The translations under genes and the position numbers were made by a program. Positions 1-7,550 of a stretch of 18,360 bases of DNA are shown here, piece after piece. The notes beneath the pieces are model-generated. The model did not search any database, had not been told where the DNA came from, and saw only the letters and a list, made by a program, of their open reading frames with translations. The number at the start of each line of letters is the position of its first letter. Position 1 is the first letter of the stretch. Origin of the DNA: an archaeon (GTDB lineage: Archaea > Iainarchaeota > Iainarchaeia > Iainarchaeales > 0-14-0-20-34-12); the NCBI GenBank assembly GCA_038046645.1, contig JBBSVU010000006.1:194078-212437 (forward strand). Direction: 5' to 3'.

Positions 1-1268
1 GTTTTCTGCTTTTCCTTTGCAGAATTGCAATCCAGCATTTCTTTCATCGAAATTTTAGTTTTTTCGAAATCATCTTTGTCCTTGCAGATGATAGGTTTTC
101 CATAATTCCCGCCTCCGCCTGCAATGTATAAAACATAGCCATTCCTGAATGCTAAGATGTGCTTTGCAATGTCTGCATCAATTTCTGCAATCTGCTCTAT
201 CGGTGAATCAACCAAGATATTTATTTCTGATTTAAACCTTTCAACTAGCCGCATCCACAAGCCCTGGACTTTTTTGCTGTTTGTTTGCTTCACATCTTTT
301 GCAATTGAAATTAATTCCGCCAAAGGAATGCTATGCAAATAAGGAGGCCGTGTTTCTGGATGTATTTCCTCATTAAAATCAGCCAATTCAGAGATTCTAT
401 CCATAACTCCCTTTTTTATCGGACCTTTGCATAATTTACATTTCCAGTTTAAGGCAATTGCCTCTTTTAATGAATATTTTTCCTGGCAGCCTTCGCATGC
501 AGTACAATGGTACTTTCCTTCCCTAGGGTCAACACCGACATTTATTGCAATATGCCTGCCATCTTTTCTCTCAATTACTTTTTTCAATTCAGCAAAATTT
601 GGTTTTTCCATTTTTGCCCTTATGAATTCCCTTCCAAGCCTAACAGGCCAAGGGCTGTGGGAATCTGAACATGTGAGAAATTCATAATTATGGTTTTCCT
701 GAATCAAATCTGCAAAATAAGAATCAGCGCTTAACCCCAATTCAATGAATTTAATCTCAGAAATCATTTTACCATAACATTCCCTGATGGAATTGAAATG
801 TGAATAAACAGAAAAATAAGGAGTAAATGCATGGCTTGGCCCGATTAACCCACCTAATTCAACAATCTTTTCAGCTAATTTCTCTGCACTTATCTTTAAT
901 GTAGGCCTTCCAAAGCCTTTCCCATCTAATCTGCCATATTTTAACAAATAATCCCTCAGCTGATTCACCTTGTCAAAATCCTCCATGAAAAATAAATGGT
1001 GAACATTATTTATGTCATTTATTTCCCCACCCAAAACAAAATAAGTATCAAATTCCTCAACCACAAAGCAATGGTTTTTCTTAATCAATGAATGCTCTGC
1101 ATGCTTAATCCATTCCCCGCAAAGGATATCGCCGGTGCTTAATAATTTCAGGCCTTTCAATCTTGCCTGCTCCGCCAGAATTGGCAGAAGCATGTTTTTG
1201 CTTACTCCGCCGGCATATGGGCTATGTATGTGCAGGTCGCAATCAAATAATTTCAAATGTTCTGGCAT
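1..1268 (-). CDS. endoQ: Endonuclease Q / TIGR00375-family PHP-domain nuclease with Zn finger (3' end outside window)
   Basis: Not in the ORF track because it has no stop in the window. Manual translation from ATG 1268 gives MPEHLKLFDCDLHIHSPYAGGVSKNM...KGLKLLSTGD...HHL...GRP...GPSHAFTPYFS...IELGLSAD...SDSHSPWPVRLGREF...GKYHCTACEGC...CKLC...IKKGVMDRI...RPPYLHSIPL...GGGNYGK...EKQK. The PHP metal ligands and CxxC/CxxC match this family. At least 422 aa. Confidence 0.88.
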   Translation of the reverse strand, partial: MPEHLKLFDCDLHIHSPYAGGVSKNMLLPILAEQARLKGLKLLSTGDILCGEWIKHAEHSLIKKNHCFVVEEFDTYFVLGGEINDINNVHHLFFMEDFDKVNQLRDYLLKYGRLDGKGFGRPTLKISAEKLAEKIVELGGLIGPSHAFTPYFSVYSHFNSIRECYGKMISEIKFIELGLSADSYFADLIQENHNYEFLTCSDSHSPWPVRLGREFIRAKMEKPNFAELKKVIERKDGRHIAINVGVDPREGKYHCTACEGCQEKYSLKEAIALNWKCKLCKGPIKKGVMDRISELADFNEEIHPETRPPYLHSIPLAELISIAKDVKQTNSKKVQGLWMRLVERFKSEINILVDSPIEQIAEIDADIAKHILAFRNGYVLYIAGGGGNYGKPIICKDKDDFEKTKISMKEMLDCNSAKEKQK

Positions 1269-1323
1269 ATTACAATATAGAAACATAAAAGGTATAAAAT
1301 AACATTCCACTTTAATTAAGTTG
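1269..1323. promoter_or_regulatory. Compact divergent archaeal promoter region (endoQ/amrS)
   Basis: 55-bp gap with AAAAGGTATAAAATA near its centre, roughly 25-30 nt from both start codons. No SD motif is visible, consistent with leaderless transcripts. Confidence 0.45.
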
Positions 1324-2334
1324 ATGAAAGAAGCTATTTTCTATGAAAAACTGAAAGACAAAAAAGTAAAATGCACTGCCTGCAATCGCTATTGCATTAT
1401 CCCGGAAAACAGCGCGGGTTTCTGCCGAGTGCGAAAGAACCTTGAGGGAAAATTATTCCTGCTTGTTTACAATAAAACACTGACATTGACTGTCGATCCG
1501 ATTGAGAAAAAGCCGTTCTTCCATTTCAAGCCAGGAAGTTTCTGCAACAGCATAAGCACATATGGCTGCAATTTTTCCTGCAGGTATTGCCAAAATTATT
1601 CCATAAGCCAGGAATTTCTTGCGAGCCAGATTGATGATGTGCAAGAAACAAGCCCAAAACAAATTGTTGAAGATTCTTTAGCTAAAGGTGTTGAAGGAAT
1701 TTCTTACACGTATACCGAACCTACAATTTTTGCAGAATATGCTTTGGATACAATGAAGCTTGCAAAGAAATCAGGATTGTACAATGTTTGGGTTTCAAAT
1801 GGGTACACAAGCAAAGAAGTTTTCAAAAAAATTATTCCTTACCTTGATGCAAATAACATTGACCTGAAAGGCAACAAGGATTTTTACCTGAAAGTGTGCG
1901 GAGGCATAGATATTGAAAAAGTAAAAGAGAACATTGAAAGATTTTCAAAGAAAACGCATGTTGAAGTAACAAACCTGATAATCCCAGGATATAACGATTC
2001 AGAAAAGGATTTGAATGATGTTTGTGGATTCATCTCTTTAATTGATAAAGAAATGCCTTTGCATTTCAGCAGGTTTTTTCCTTATTACAAGATGAATGAT
2101 GTTTCTCCCACTCCTTTAGAAGCATTGCAGAAGGCAAAAGAGATTGCAAAAAAGCATGGTTTGAAATATGTTTATGTTGGCAACACGCCAGAAGAATCAA
2201 ATACCTATTGCCAGAAATGCAATAATTTGCTGATTGAGAGAAAAGGCTATTCTACCTTCAAGCTTGGGTTGCAGCAAAAACTAGATGAAGCATATTGCAG
2301 AAAATGCGAAAATAAATTGCCAATTGTTCTTTGA
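1324..2334 (+). CDS. amrS: AmmeMemoRadiSam system radical SAM enzyme (PflA-like)
   Basis: N-terminal CTACNRYC...GFCRVR, DPIEKKPFFHF, radical SAM CxxxCxxC (CNFSCRYC), YTYTEP, LHFSRFFPYYKM, YVYVGN and C-terminal CxxC...CxxC. ATG 1324 is preferred over TTG 1321. Confidence 0.9.
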   Translation: MKEAIFYEKLKDKKVKCTACNRYCIIPENSAGFCRVRKNLEGKLFLLVYNKTLTLTVDPIEKKPFFHFKPGSFCNSISTYGCNFSCRYCQNYSISQEFLASQIDDVQETSPKQIVEDSLAKGVEGISYTYTEPTIFAEYALDTMKLAKKSGLYNVWVSNGYTSKEVFKKIIPYLDANNIDLKGNKDFYLKVCGGIDIEKVKENIERFSKKTHVEVTNLIIPGYNDSEKDLNDVCGFISLIDKEMPLHFSRFFPYYKMNDVSPTPLEALQKAKEIAKKHGLKYVYVGNTPEESNTYCQKCNNLLIERKGYSTFKLGLQQKLDEAYCRKCENKLPIVL

Positions 2335-2343
2335 ATTATTTCA

Positions 2344-2673
2344 CTAAAGCAATCCCAAGAATTTCAGCAGAAGCATTACCCCAATGCCTGCAGGCCCGAA
2401 TATTATGCTGACAACAAGCGTTGGGATGGTTGGCAACCCAATGCCCAACCCAAATTTAACAATAGCAAAAAGGATTAACCCTAAAATAGAATTTACAATT
2501 ATCTTTTTCAAAAACACCAAAAGCAGTATTGTGACAACAATTAAAACAATTCCGGCTATCAGCCATATTGGATTCCCGAGGATTGAATTAGCAGTATTTA
2601 CTGCGCTGCTTGCAATATTGCCGTCTATTCCTGCATTTGTTTCTGCAAAGATATTTAAAAAATCAAGGCTCAT
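2344..2673 (-). CDS. Small membrane protein, BofA (pro-sigmaK processing inhibitor)-like family
   Basis: Three hydrophobic segments. KKIIVNSILGLILF...GIGLP..PTLVVSIIFGPAGIGVMLLL resembles the BofA-family pattern found in archaea. Confidence 0.65.
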   Translation of the reverse strand: MSLDFLNIFAETNAGIDGNIASSAVNTANSILGNPIWLIAGIVLIVVTILLLVFLKKIIVNSILGLILFAIVKFGLGIGLPTIPTLVVSIIFGPAGIGVMLLLKFLGLL

Positions 2674-2690
2674 AACCTATTTGGCTTATT

Positions 2691-2704
2691 ACTATTTAAA
2701 TAGT
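2691..2704. promoter_or_regulatory. Palindromic TATA box (ACTATTTAAATAGT) shared by divergent genes
   Basis: Perfect 14-bp palindrome centred at 2697.5. The divergent start codons at 2673 and 2724 have their midpoint at 2698.5. Confidence 0.6.
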
Positions 2705-2723
2705 TTTATGTGCTATTTCAGAT

Positions 2724-3368
2724 ATGTTTTCCGACAACCAGAAAAAAATAGCGTTGAAATTATTGAGCAATTCACAATCTTTAGATGAATTGGTTGAATC
2801 AACCTCATTTGACAAAAAGATAATCGAAAAGGAATTGAAGGAAATGCTAAAAATGAAATTAGTGAAGAAATCTGAAGACCGCTATTTATTAGAAAATAAA
2901 ATTGCAAATGAATTAAATAAAAGAAAGGCTTTGCAAGAAATAGACCCTTATGAATTAAGGACCCAGGCATTCATAGAAATGCAGGCACTAACAAAGGAAT
3001 TGCTTGAAACCTATTTGGGAAAATTAGAAGAATCCCTAAAAAAAGACAAAAGCATTACAATTTATTCAATCAGCAAGGCCAAGCCAGTAAAGCAAGGCAG
3101 CTATTTCAGTTCATTCATTGATATTAATTTTACAGTAAAGGATTTGGCTGCATTAATCAAATTCATGTTCTTCTATGGCCCTACCTCTGTTGAAGTAATC
3201 AAGCCTGAAAGCTTTGAGATTAAAGCAGATGATTTGCAGGATGCATTAATGACCATAAGCCAGATGACACAGAATTATTCTAATTATATCTTAAAATTGG
3301 TAAAAGAAAAGGAAATTAACGATTTGGACAGAAAGATTGCACAAGGAAAATTAGGGTTTAAGCCTTAG
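2724..3368 (+). CDS. Uncharacterised protein: N-terminal winged-HTH fused to a conserved archaeal alpha/beta domain
   Basis: QKKIALKLL...SLDELVEST...IEKELKEMLKMKLVKK..DRYLL fits a wHTH pattern. The C-terminal FSSFIDINF...FMFFYGPTSVEVIKP resembles a conserved archaeal hypothetical family. Confidence 0.6.
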   Translation: MFSDNQKKIALKLLSNSQSLDELVESTSFDKKIIEKELKEMLKMKLVKKSEDRYLLENKIANELNKRKALQEIDPYELRTQAFIEMQALTKELLETYLGKLEESLKKDKSITIYSISKAKPVKQGSYFSSFIDINFTVKDLAALIKFMFFYGPTSVEVIKPESFEIKADDLQDALMTISQMTQNYSNYILKLVKEKEINDLDRKIAQGKLGFKP

Positions 3369-3467
3369 TTGAAAATCCCTATTTCGTGGATTGTCGAATC
3401 AGTATTCAACAGAATAAGAGAAAACTCCCTTAAAAAACGTCAAAACACGTAATTTTAGTACAAATAC

Positions 3468-3485
3468 CGAAACCTATTTAAATAG
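3468..3485 (+). promoter_or_regulatory. BRE/TATA promoter of the S-layer gene
   Basis: CGAAAC followed by CTATTTAAATAG (3474-3485), about 105 nt upstream of ATG 3590. Confidence 0.55.
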
Positions 3486-3574
3486 CTTCAGAGATTGAAT
3501 AATAAAAGCTTGTGTCTAGCCTTCCATATATATTACATATATGTTTGGTTGGATGCTAAAATCATGGAGAAAGT

Positions 3575-3581
3575 GAGGTGA
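3575..3581 (+). promoter_or_regulatory. Shine-Dalgarno site of the S-layer gene
   Basis: GAGGTGA, 8 nt before ATG 3590. Confidence 0.75.
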
Positions 3582-3589
3582 AACTTTAC

Positions 3590-6500
3590 ATGAAGGTTTT
3601 AAATGTAAAAAGATTGGCTGCAATAGGATTAGGTGCAGCTTTAGTTGGTACAGCTTTGGCTCCAGTAGCTTCAGCATTGACCCTAGATGATAAGTCAACA
3701 TTAGTTGACTCAACTACAGGTAAACCACTGGTTGACGTAGTTGTAGGTGCAAATGCTGCAGTCTCAGACGTAGTCTGGGCAGGAAATATTGCTACAAGGG
3801 TTGCACAGTTGGCCACAATTGATGCAGATGTAACTCCAGAAGTTACAATTGCAGAAGGAACAGGAGAAGAGACAGTTGTTGATCCAGCATTAACAGCATT
3901 CTCATTAGACTTAGTATTGGGAGGCACAACAACCTACGCAACAGGAACAGCAAAGACATACGATGATAACTATCTGACATCAACAAACACACAGCCAGAA
4001 TATAGTAAAGAAATATCAAACTCTACCTTGACTTTCTTAAAAAACGCAACACAGACACAGAAATGGAATAGCACTACATACTCAGAAACAGTTAAGGAAG
4101 TTTTGAATGTAAAGCCAGACTTCAAGTTTGATTACACAAATTACAGCACAGTAGGAGATTTGGTAGGTTATATGACAGCAGTCGGAGACTTTAACTACAC
4201 AGTTACATTCTCACACGGTTTGCCATTGAATGAAACTACCGCACAGCTTTACAGTACTTCAGGTACACAATTCCAGTACGACAAAGCAGAGGATAGTGTT
4301 ATAGTTCCTTTCTTTGGAGACACCTATAAACTTTATAGGGCAGATGCAACCGGTACCTATGTTGATATAAAATTGATTAAGGATTCCGGTGAAGCAACCT
4401 ACTATAAAGGAGATGTAATCCCAGGCTTGAAAGGATCAGGTGCATATGTAGGCAAGGATGTTACTGTTGAAGTTACAAATGTATTCCAGACATCAGCTAC
4501 CTCAGCATATAGTGCTGACTTTGTATTGAAAGATGCAAACGGAAATGTTCTGTCAACAGCTACTTCATTAGCGGCAGGGGTATTCCTTGAAGCTTATTTT
4601 ATGGACGGTAGCGGAAATGCAGCATTAGGAACCTCAGTATATTTAAGTACTGTTGGTGCAAATGTTGAGACAGGAAAAACATTCGTAACAGTAACACAGG
4701 GTACAGATGTACTTGAATTAGTGGATACAAAAGCATATCCCTATGTAAGTACAGATACAGATACATTGGACGATTACTGGATCTTTGACACAGGAACAAT
4801 ATCACAAGGAGCAAGCCCTGATGTAAACGTCATAAAGCAGTTCAGTATCTACAATAATATGAAGAAATGGAATAACTCAACAGGAAATACTCCTTTATGG
4901 GTTGCTGACGACCAGTGTTTAACTACAGCTTGTGTATCAGGATCAAATGAAGCAATTTTCCTGCAAGGTGTTGCTGAAACAACCAAAGGATATAACTTTG
5001 CAAAGATAACCTTTGATGGATTCAAGAAATCAGCTATTGAGTTCAGTACCTTGAAATTAGGTGCAAATTACGTAGATTACTACGATAATTCAGATTTCCA
5101 CCACAAGGTTCCATTCTACATTGCATTGGACACAACATTGACTACACAAGGAAGTTTCCCAATAGACAATCAGACATTCTATTATAGAGTGAATGATGCA
5201 GATGCAAACTTCTCATTAGGTGGAGATAACAATGTTTTGAACGGTGTTACAGTAACATTCATAGATAACAACATTGGATTGCCAAGAACAGATGCATTTA
5301 CTGGTGTAGATGCTAACTATCTTACAGGTACTCCGGGTAGAGTAAATGTAGACTTCAATGGAATTACCTATAGGCAATGTGCATTAGCAAGCACAAATAC
5401 AAGATTACAATGTTTAGCAGATGGTAACTTCCAGATTTCACAGATACAGTTCGCAAACGTAGCAGATTCAGATTTCATAGGGTCAGCTAATTTCAATAAG
5501 TCCTGGTACTATGAAAAAGTAGATGCAGTAGGGGATATGAATAATATCACCACAAAAACCATAGATCTATGGGCAACAGTTCCATTAACAGGTTCACAGA
5601 TGAACAGTAAGACTTTCAAGTATGCCTACTATAGAGCTAACACAGGATATGCCTACGTTTACTTGATGTTAAGTAGACAGACAGACTTCTCACCAGCTCA
5701 AGTGCAGAAATATGCATATGGTTTGCAGTTAAGCGGAACTGACTCAGATTTAGGTGGAGGAACTGTTGAAGATGGTATAGTAGATCAGCCATTCTATGTT
5801 CCAGATTTAGGTGAATCTTGGGCAAGGACTGGTGGAGCAAGCGACTACAATTACTACCTATCAGTGTTCAACTTGAATACCTTCGATGGTTCAGCATCAT
5901 CTACAACTGTTGGTACTGTTGATGCAAATGTATATGTCTTTGCAGATGCATCAGGTAAATTACCAGTACTTCCAAATAACAACTTGTCTACCTACACAGT
6001 TGATGTAGCTTATTTGAACTCAACTTGGACATTATCTAACAGCACAGCAGCTAACTATCTAAAGAAAGGTTACACAGAAGACGGTGCAAAGTTAGATATT
6101 GCAGACAATGTCATGACAATGATATCTCCAGCAAGCAGACTTTACCTGAAGATGTCAGTTGTCGGTTCAGCAGCTACTACCAGTACAACAGGAACTGCAT
6201 GTACCCCAGCAATAACTGCTGATGGCGGTAAGTGTACAACTTCAACAGGTACAGAGATTACCTTAACAAAGTTGACTCCTACAGTCGAGCAGGTAAAGTA
6301 CACCGCAGGTTGCTCAGCTGACCAGTTAGAAGTGGCAAATGTCACAGCTAACCAGGTAGTGCCAGCAGGAGACCTTGTTGTAACTGATGAAGATGTTGTT
6401 GCAGGCGGTAACCACGTTTTAGTAGGTGGTTATTTAGTCAACACATTAGCAAAAGTAGCAACAATCGGTGGAGCTAGCTTGGAAGAAGTGCTAACAGCAG

Positions 6501-6622
6501 ATAACCCAGTCGTTGTTGAAGTAACAGACGACGGTGACTATGTTGTAGCTGGTTATTCAGCAGATGACACAGTCGACGCTGCACAGCAATTCATTGCTGA
6601 GTTAGACAAACTGTTGGAATAA
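3590..6622 (+). CDS. S-layer glycoprotein (Methanococcus/Thermococcus-type S_layer_N and S_layer_C domains), ~1010 aa
   Basis: Signal peptide MKVLNVKRLAAIGLGAALVGTALAPVASA. N-domain VVVGANAAVSDVVWAGNIA. C-domain NHVLVGGYLVN...YVVAGYSADDTVDAAQQFIAEL. Thr/Asp-rich, with about 16 N-x-S/T sequons by manual count. Strong SD and a distinct codon bias (TAC/TTC/AAC/ACA/GCA) suggest high expression. Confidence 0.9.
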   Translation: MKVLNVKRLAAIGLGAALVGTALAPVASALTLDDKSTLVDSTTGKPLVDVVVGANAAVSDVVWAGNIATRVAQLATIDADVTPEVTIAEGTGEETVVDPALTAFSLDLVLGGTTTYATGTAKTYDDNYLTSTNTQPEYSKEISNSTLTFLKNATQTQKWNSTTYSETVKEVLNVKPDFKFDYTNYSTVGDLVGYMTAVGDFNYTVTFSHGLPLNETTAQLYSTSGTQFQYDKAEDSVIVPFFGDTYKLYRADATGTYVDIKLIKDSGEATYYKGDVIPGLKGSGAYVGKDVTVEVTNVFQTSATSAYSADFVLKDANGNVLSTATSLAAGVFLEAYFMDGSGNAALGTSVYLSTVGANVETGKTFVTVTQGTDVLELVDTKAYPYVSTDTDTLDDYWIFDTGTISQGASPDVNVIKQFSIYNNMKKWNNSTGNTPLWVADDQCLTTACVSGSNEAIFLQGVAETTKGYNFAKITFDGFKKSAIEFSTLKLGANYVDYYDNSDFHHKVPFYIALDTTLTTQGSFPIDNQTFYYRVNDADANFSLGGDNNVLNGVTVTFIDNNIGLPRTDAFTGVDANYLTGTPGRVNVDFNGITYRQCALASTNTRLQCLADGNFQISQIQFANVADSDFIGSANFNKSWYYEKVDAVGDMNNITTKTIDLWATVPLTGSQMNSKTFKYAYYRANTGYAYVYLMLSRQTDFSPAQVQKYAYGLQLSGTDSDLGGGTVEDGIVDQPFYVPDLGESWARTGGASDYNYYLSVFNLNTFDGSASSTTVGTVDANVYVFADASGKLPVLPNNNLSTYTVDVAYLNSTWTLSNSTAANYLKKGYTEDGAKLDIADNVMTMISPASRLYLKMSVVGSAATTSTTGTACTPAITADGGKCTTSTGTEITLTKLTPTVEQVKYTAGCSADQLEVANVTANQVVPAGDLVVTDEDVVAGGNHVLVGGYLVNTLAKVATIGGASLEEVLTADNPVVVEVTDDGDYVVAGYSADDTVDAAQQFIAELDKLLE

Positions 6623-6647
6623 AATCCATCATATACCTTATATATAT

Positions 6648-6686
6648 GAAATAGGCTATGCGCCTATTTCCTTTTTTTATTTTTTT
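6648..6686 (+). terminator. Intrinsic terminator after the S-layer gene
   Basis: Perfect 9-bp stem GAAATAGGC-TATGC-GCCTATTTC followed by C-T7-A-T7. Confidence 0.8.
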
Positions 6687-6691
6687 CGGTC

Positions 6692-6904
6692 TTCTTTTTC
6701 TTTGCGAAAGAAAAAGAATGTACGTTGCAATTAAAATTCAAAAGAATTTTAATGCACAATAACAACATAAAATCTAGGGGATTTTATGTGTCCAACAAAC
6801 TTTGTTTGTTGACCCTTTCAAACCTTTGTTTGAAAAGGTCCAATAAAATTTCATAGAAATTTTATTTGGAAACTAGTAAGTTTTATTTGTGCCAAGAAAA
6901 AGAA
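6692..6904. repeat. Array of six adjacent palindromes bracketed by an inverted repeat
   Basis: Stems at 6692-6718, 6726-6756, 6765-6789, 6793-6811, 6811-6840 and 6842-6866. Segment 6692-6705 is also a 13/14 inverted match to 6891-6904. Confidence 0.85.
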
Positions 6905-6914
6905 ACTGATTTTT

Positions 6915-7535
6915 ATGAAGATAAATTCAAAAATCCTGATTTTTATTGTTTTAATTCTGGTTATCGCAGGCTCTTATTTTTTATTCTTTAATTCTGCAAA
7001 AAGCCAGTATGCTTATACTTGGCAGAACAATACCATCAAATTTAATTCGAATATTTATCAATCATTAAATGATTCTGGTTATATGTCAAAAAAAACCTTC
7101 TTAATATCGCCAGCAATGACCTCTTTTTCATCGCAGCAAAACACCAATTATACAAATGATTTTCTCATACCCTTTCTTGTGGTTTTAAGCGGCAATGACA
7201 AGAATGCTGTTACGTTTATCCGCGTTTATGATGCCAACTCTGATTTGGCTTATTGCTCCACAAATTTTGGAAATGTCAAGGATGAGAAAAAGCTGCCAAA
7301 AGAACAATGTTTGAATATTTTGTCAGATTCTGCTTTAATCAAGATACAACTGGAAAATTTGGATGGCCTGAAACCGCAAAGCGAGGTATTGCTTTCCGAG
7401 GATTCAATTATAATAATCCCAAAAGATATTTCTGATTTGAAAAAGATATTTATCATTATTTCCCAAGATCTTTTCCCAAATTATAAGAATATAATAACTA
7501 ATTCAAATATCCTTTCATCATATGTAATGAAATAA
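6915..7535 (+). CDS. Hypothetical membrane-anchored extracellular protein
   Basis: 206 aa with a basic N-terminus and one hydrophobic helix, then a polar domain with two Cys and several N-x-S/T sequons. Confidence 0.7.
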   Translation: MKINSKILIFIVLILVIAGSYFLFFNSAKSQYAYTWQNNTIKFNSNIYQSLNDSGYMSKKTFLISPAMTSFSSQQNTNYTNDFLIPFLVVLSGNDKNAVTFIRVYDANSDLAYCSTNFGNVKDEKKLPKEQCLNILSDSALIKIQLENLDGLKPQSEVLLSEDSIIIIPKDISDLKKIFIIISQDLFPNYKNIITNSNILSSYVMK

Positions 7536-7550
7536 TTGCTTTCAGGAATT

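Noticed and set aside
157..687. Plus-strand ORFs 157-342 and 427-687
   Set aside because: They are antisense shadows of the EndoQ-family gene on the minus strand.
2384..2970. ORFs 2384-2788 (+) and 2713-2970 (-)
   Set aside because: They lie antisense to the better-supported BofA-like and wHTH genes and show no recognisable motifs.
3578..3589. GTG start for the S-layer gene given by the ORF track
   Set aside because: That GTG is part of the SD (GAGGTGA). ATG 3590 has the correct spacing.
3516..6345. Short minus-strand ORFs inside the S-layer gene
   Set aside because: They are shadow frames expected from the biased codon usage of the S-layer gene.
6692..6870. Hairpin array as a CRISPR array or tRNA
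   Set aside because: There are no identical direct repeats with unique spacers, no cas genes in the window, and no T-loop or D-loop consensus.
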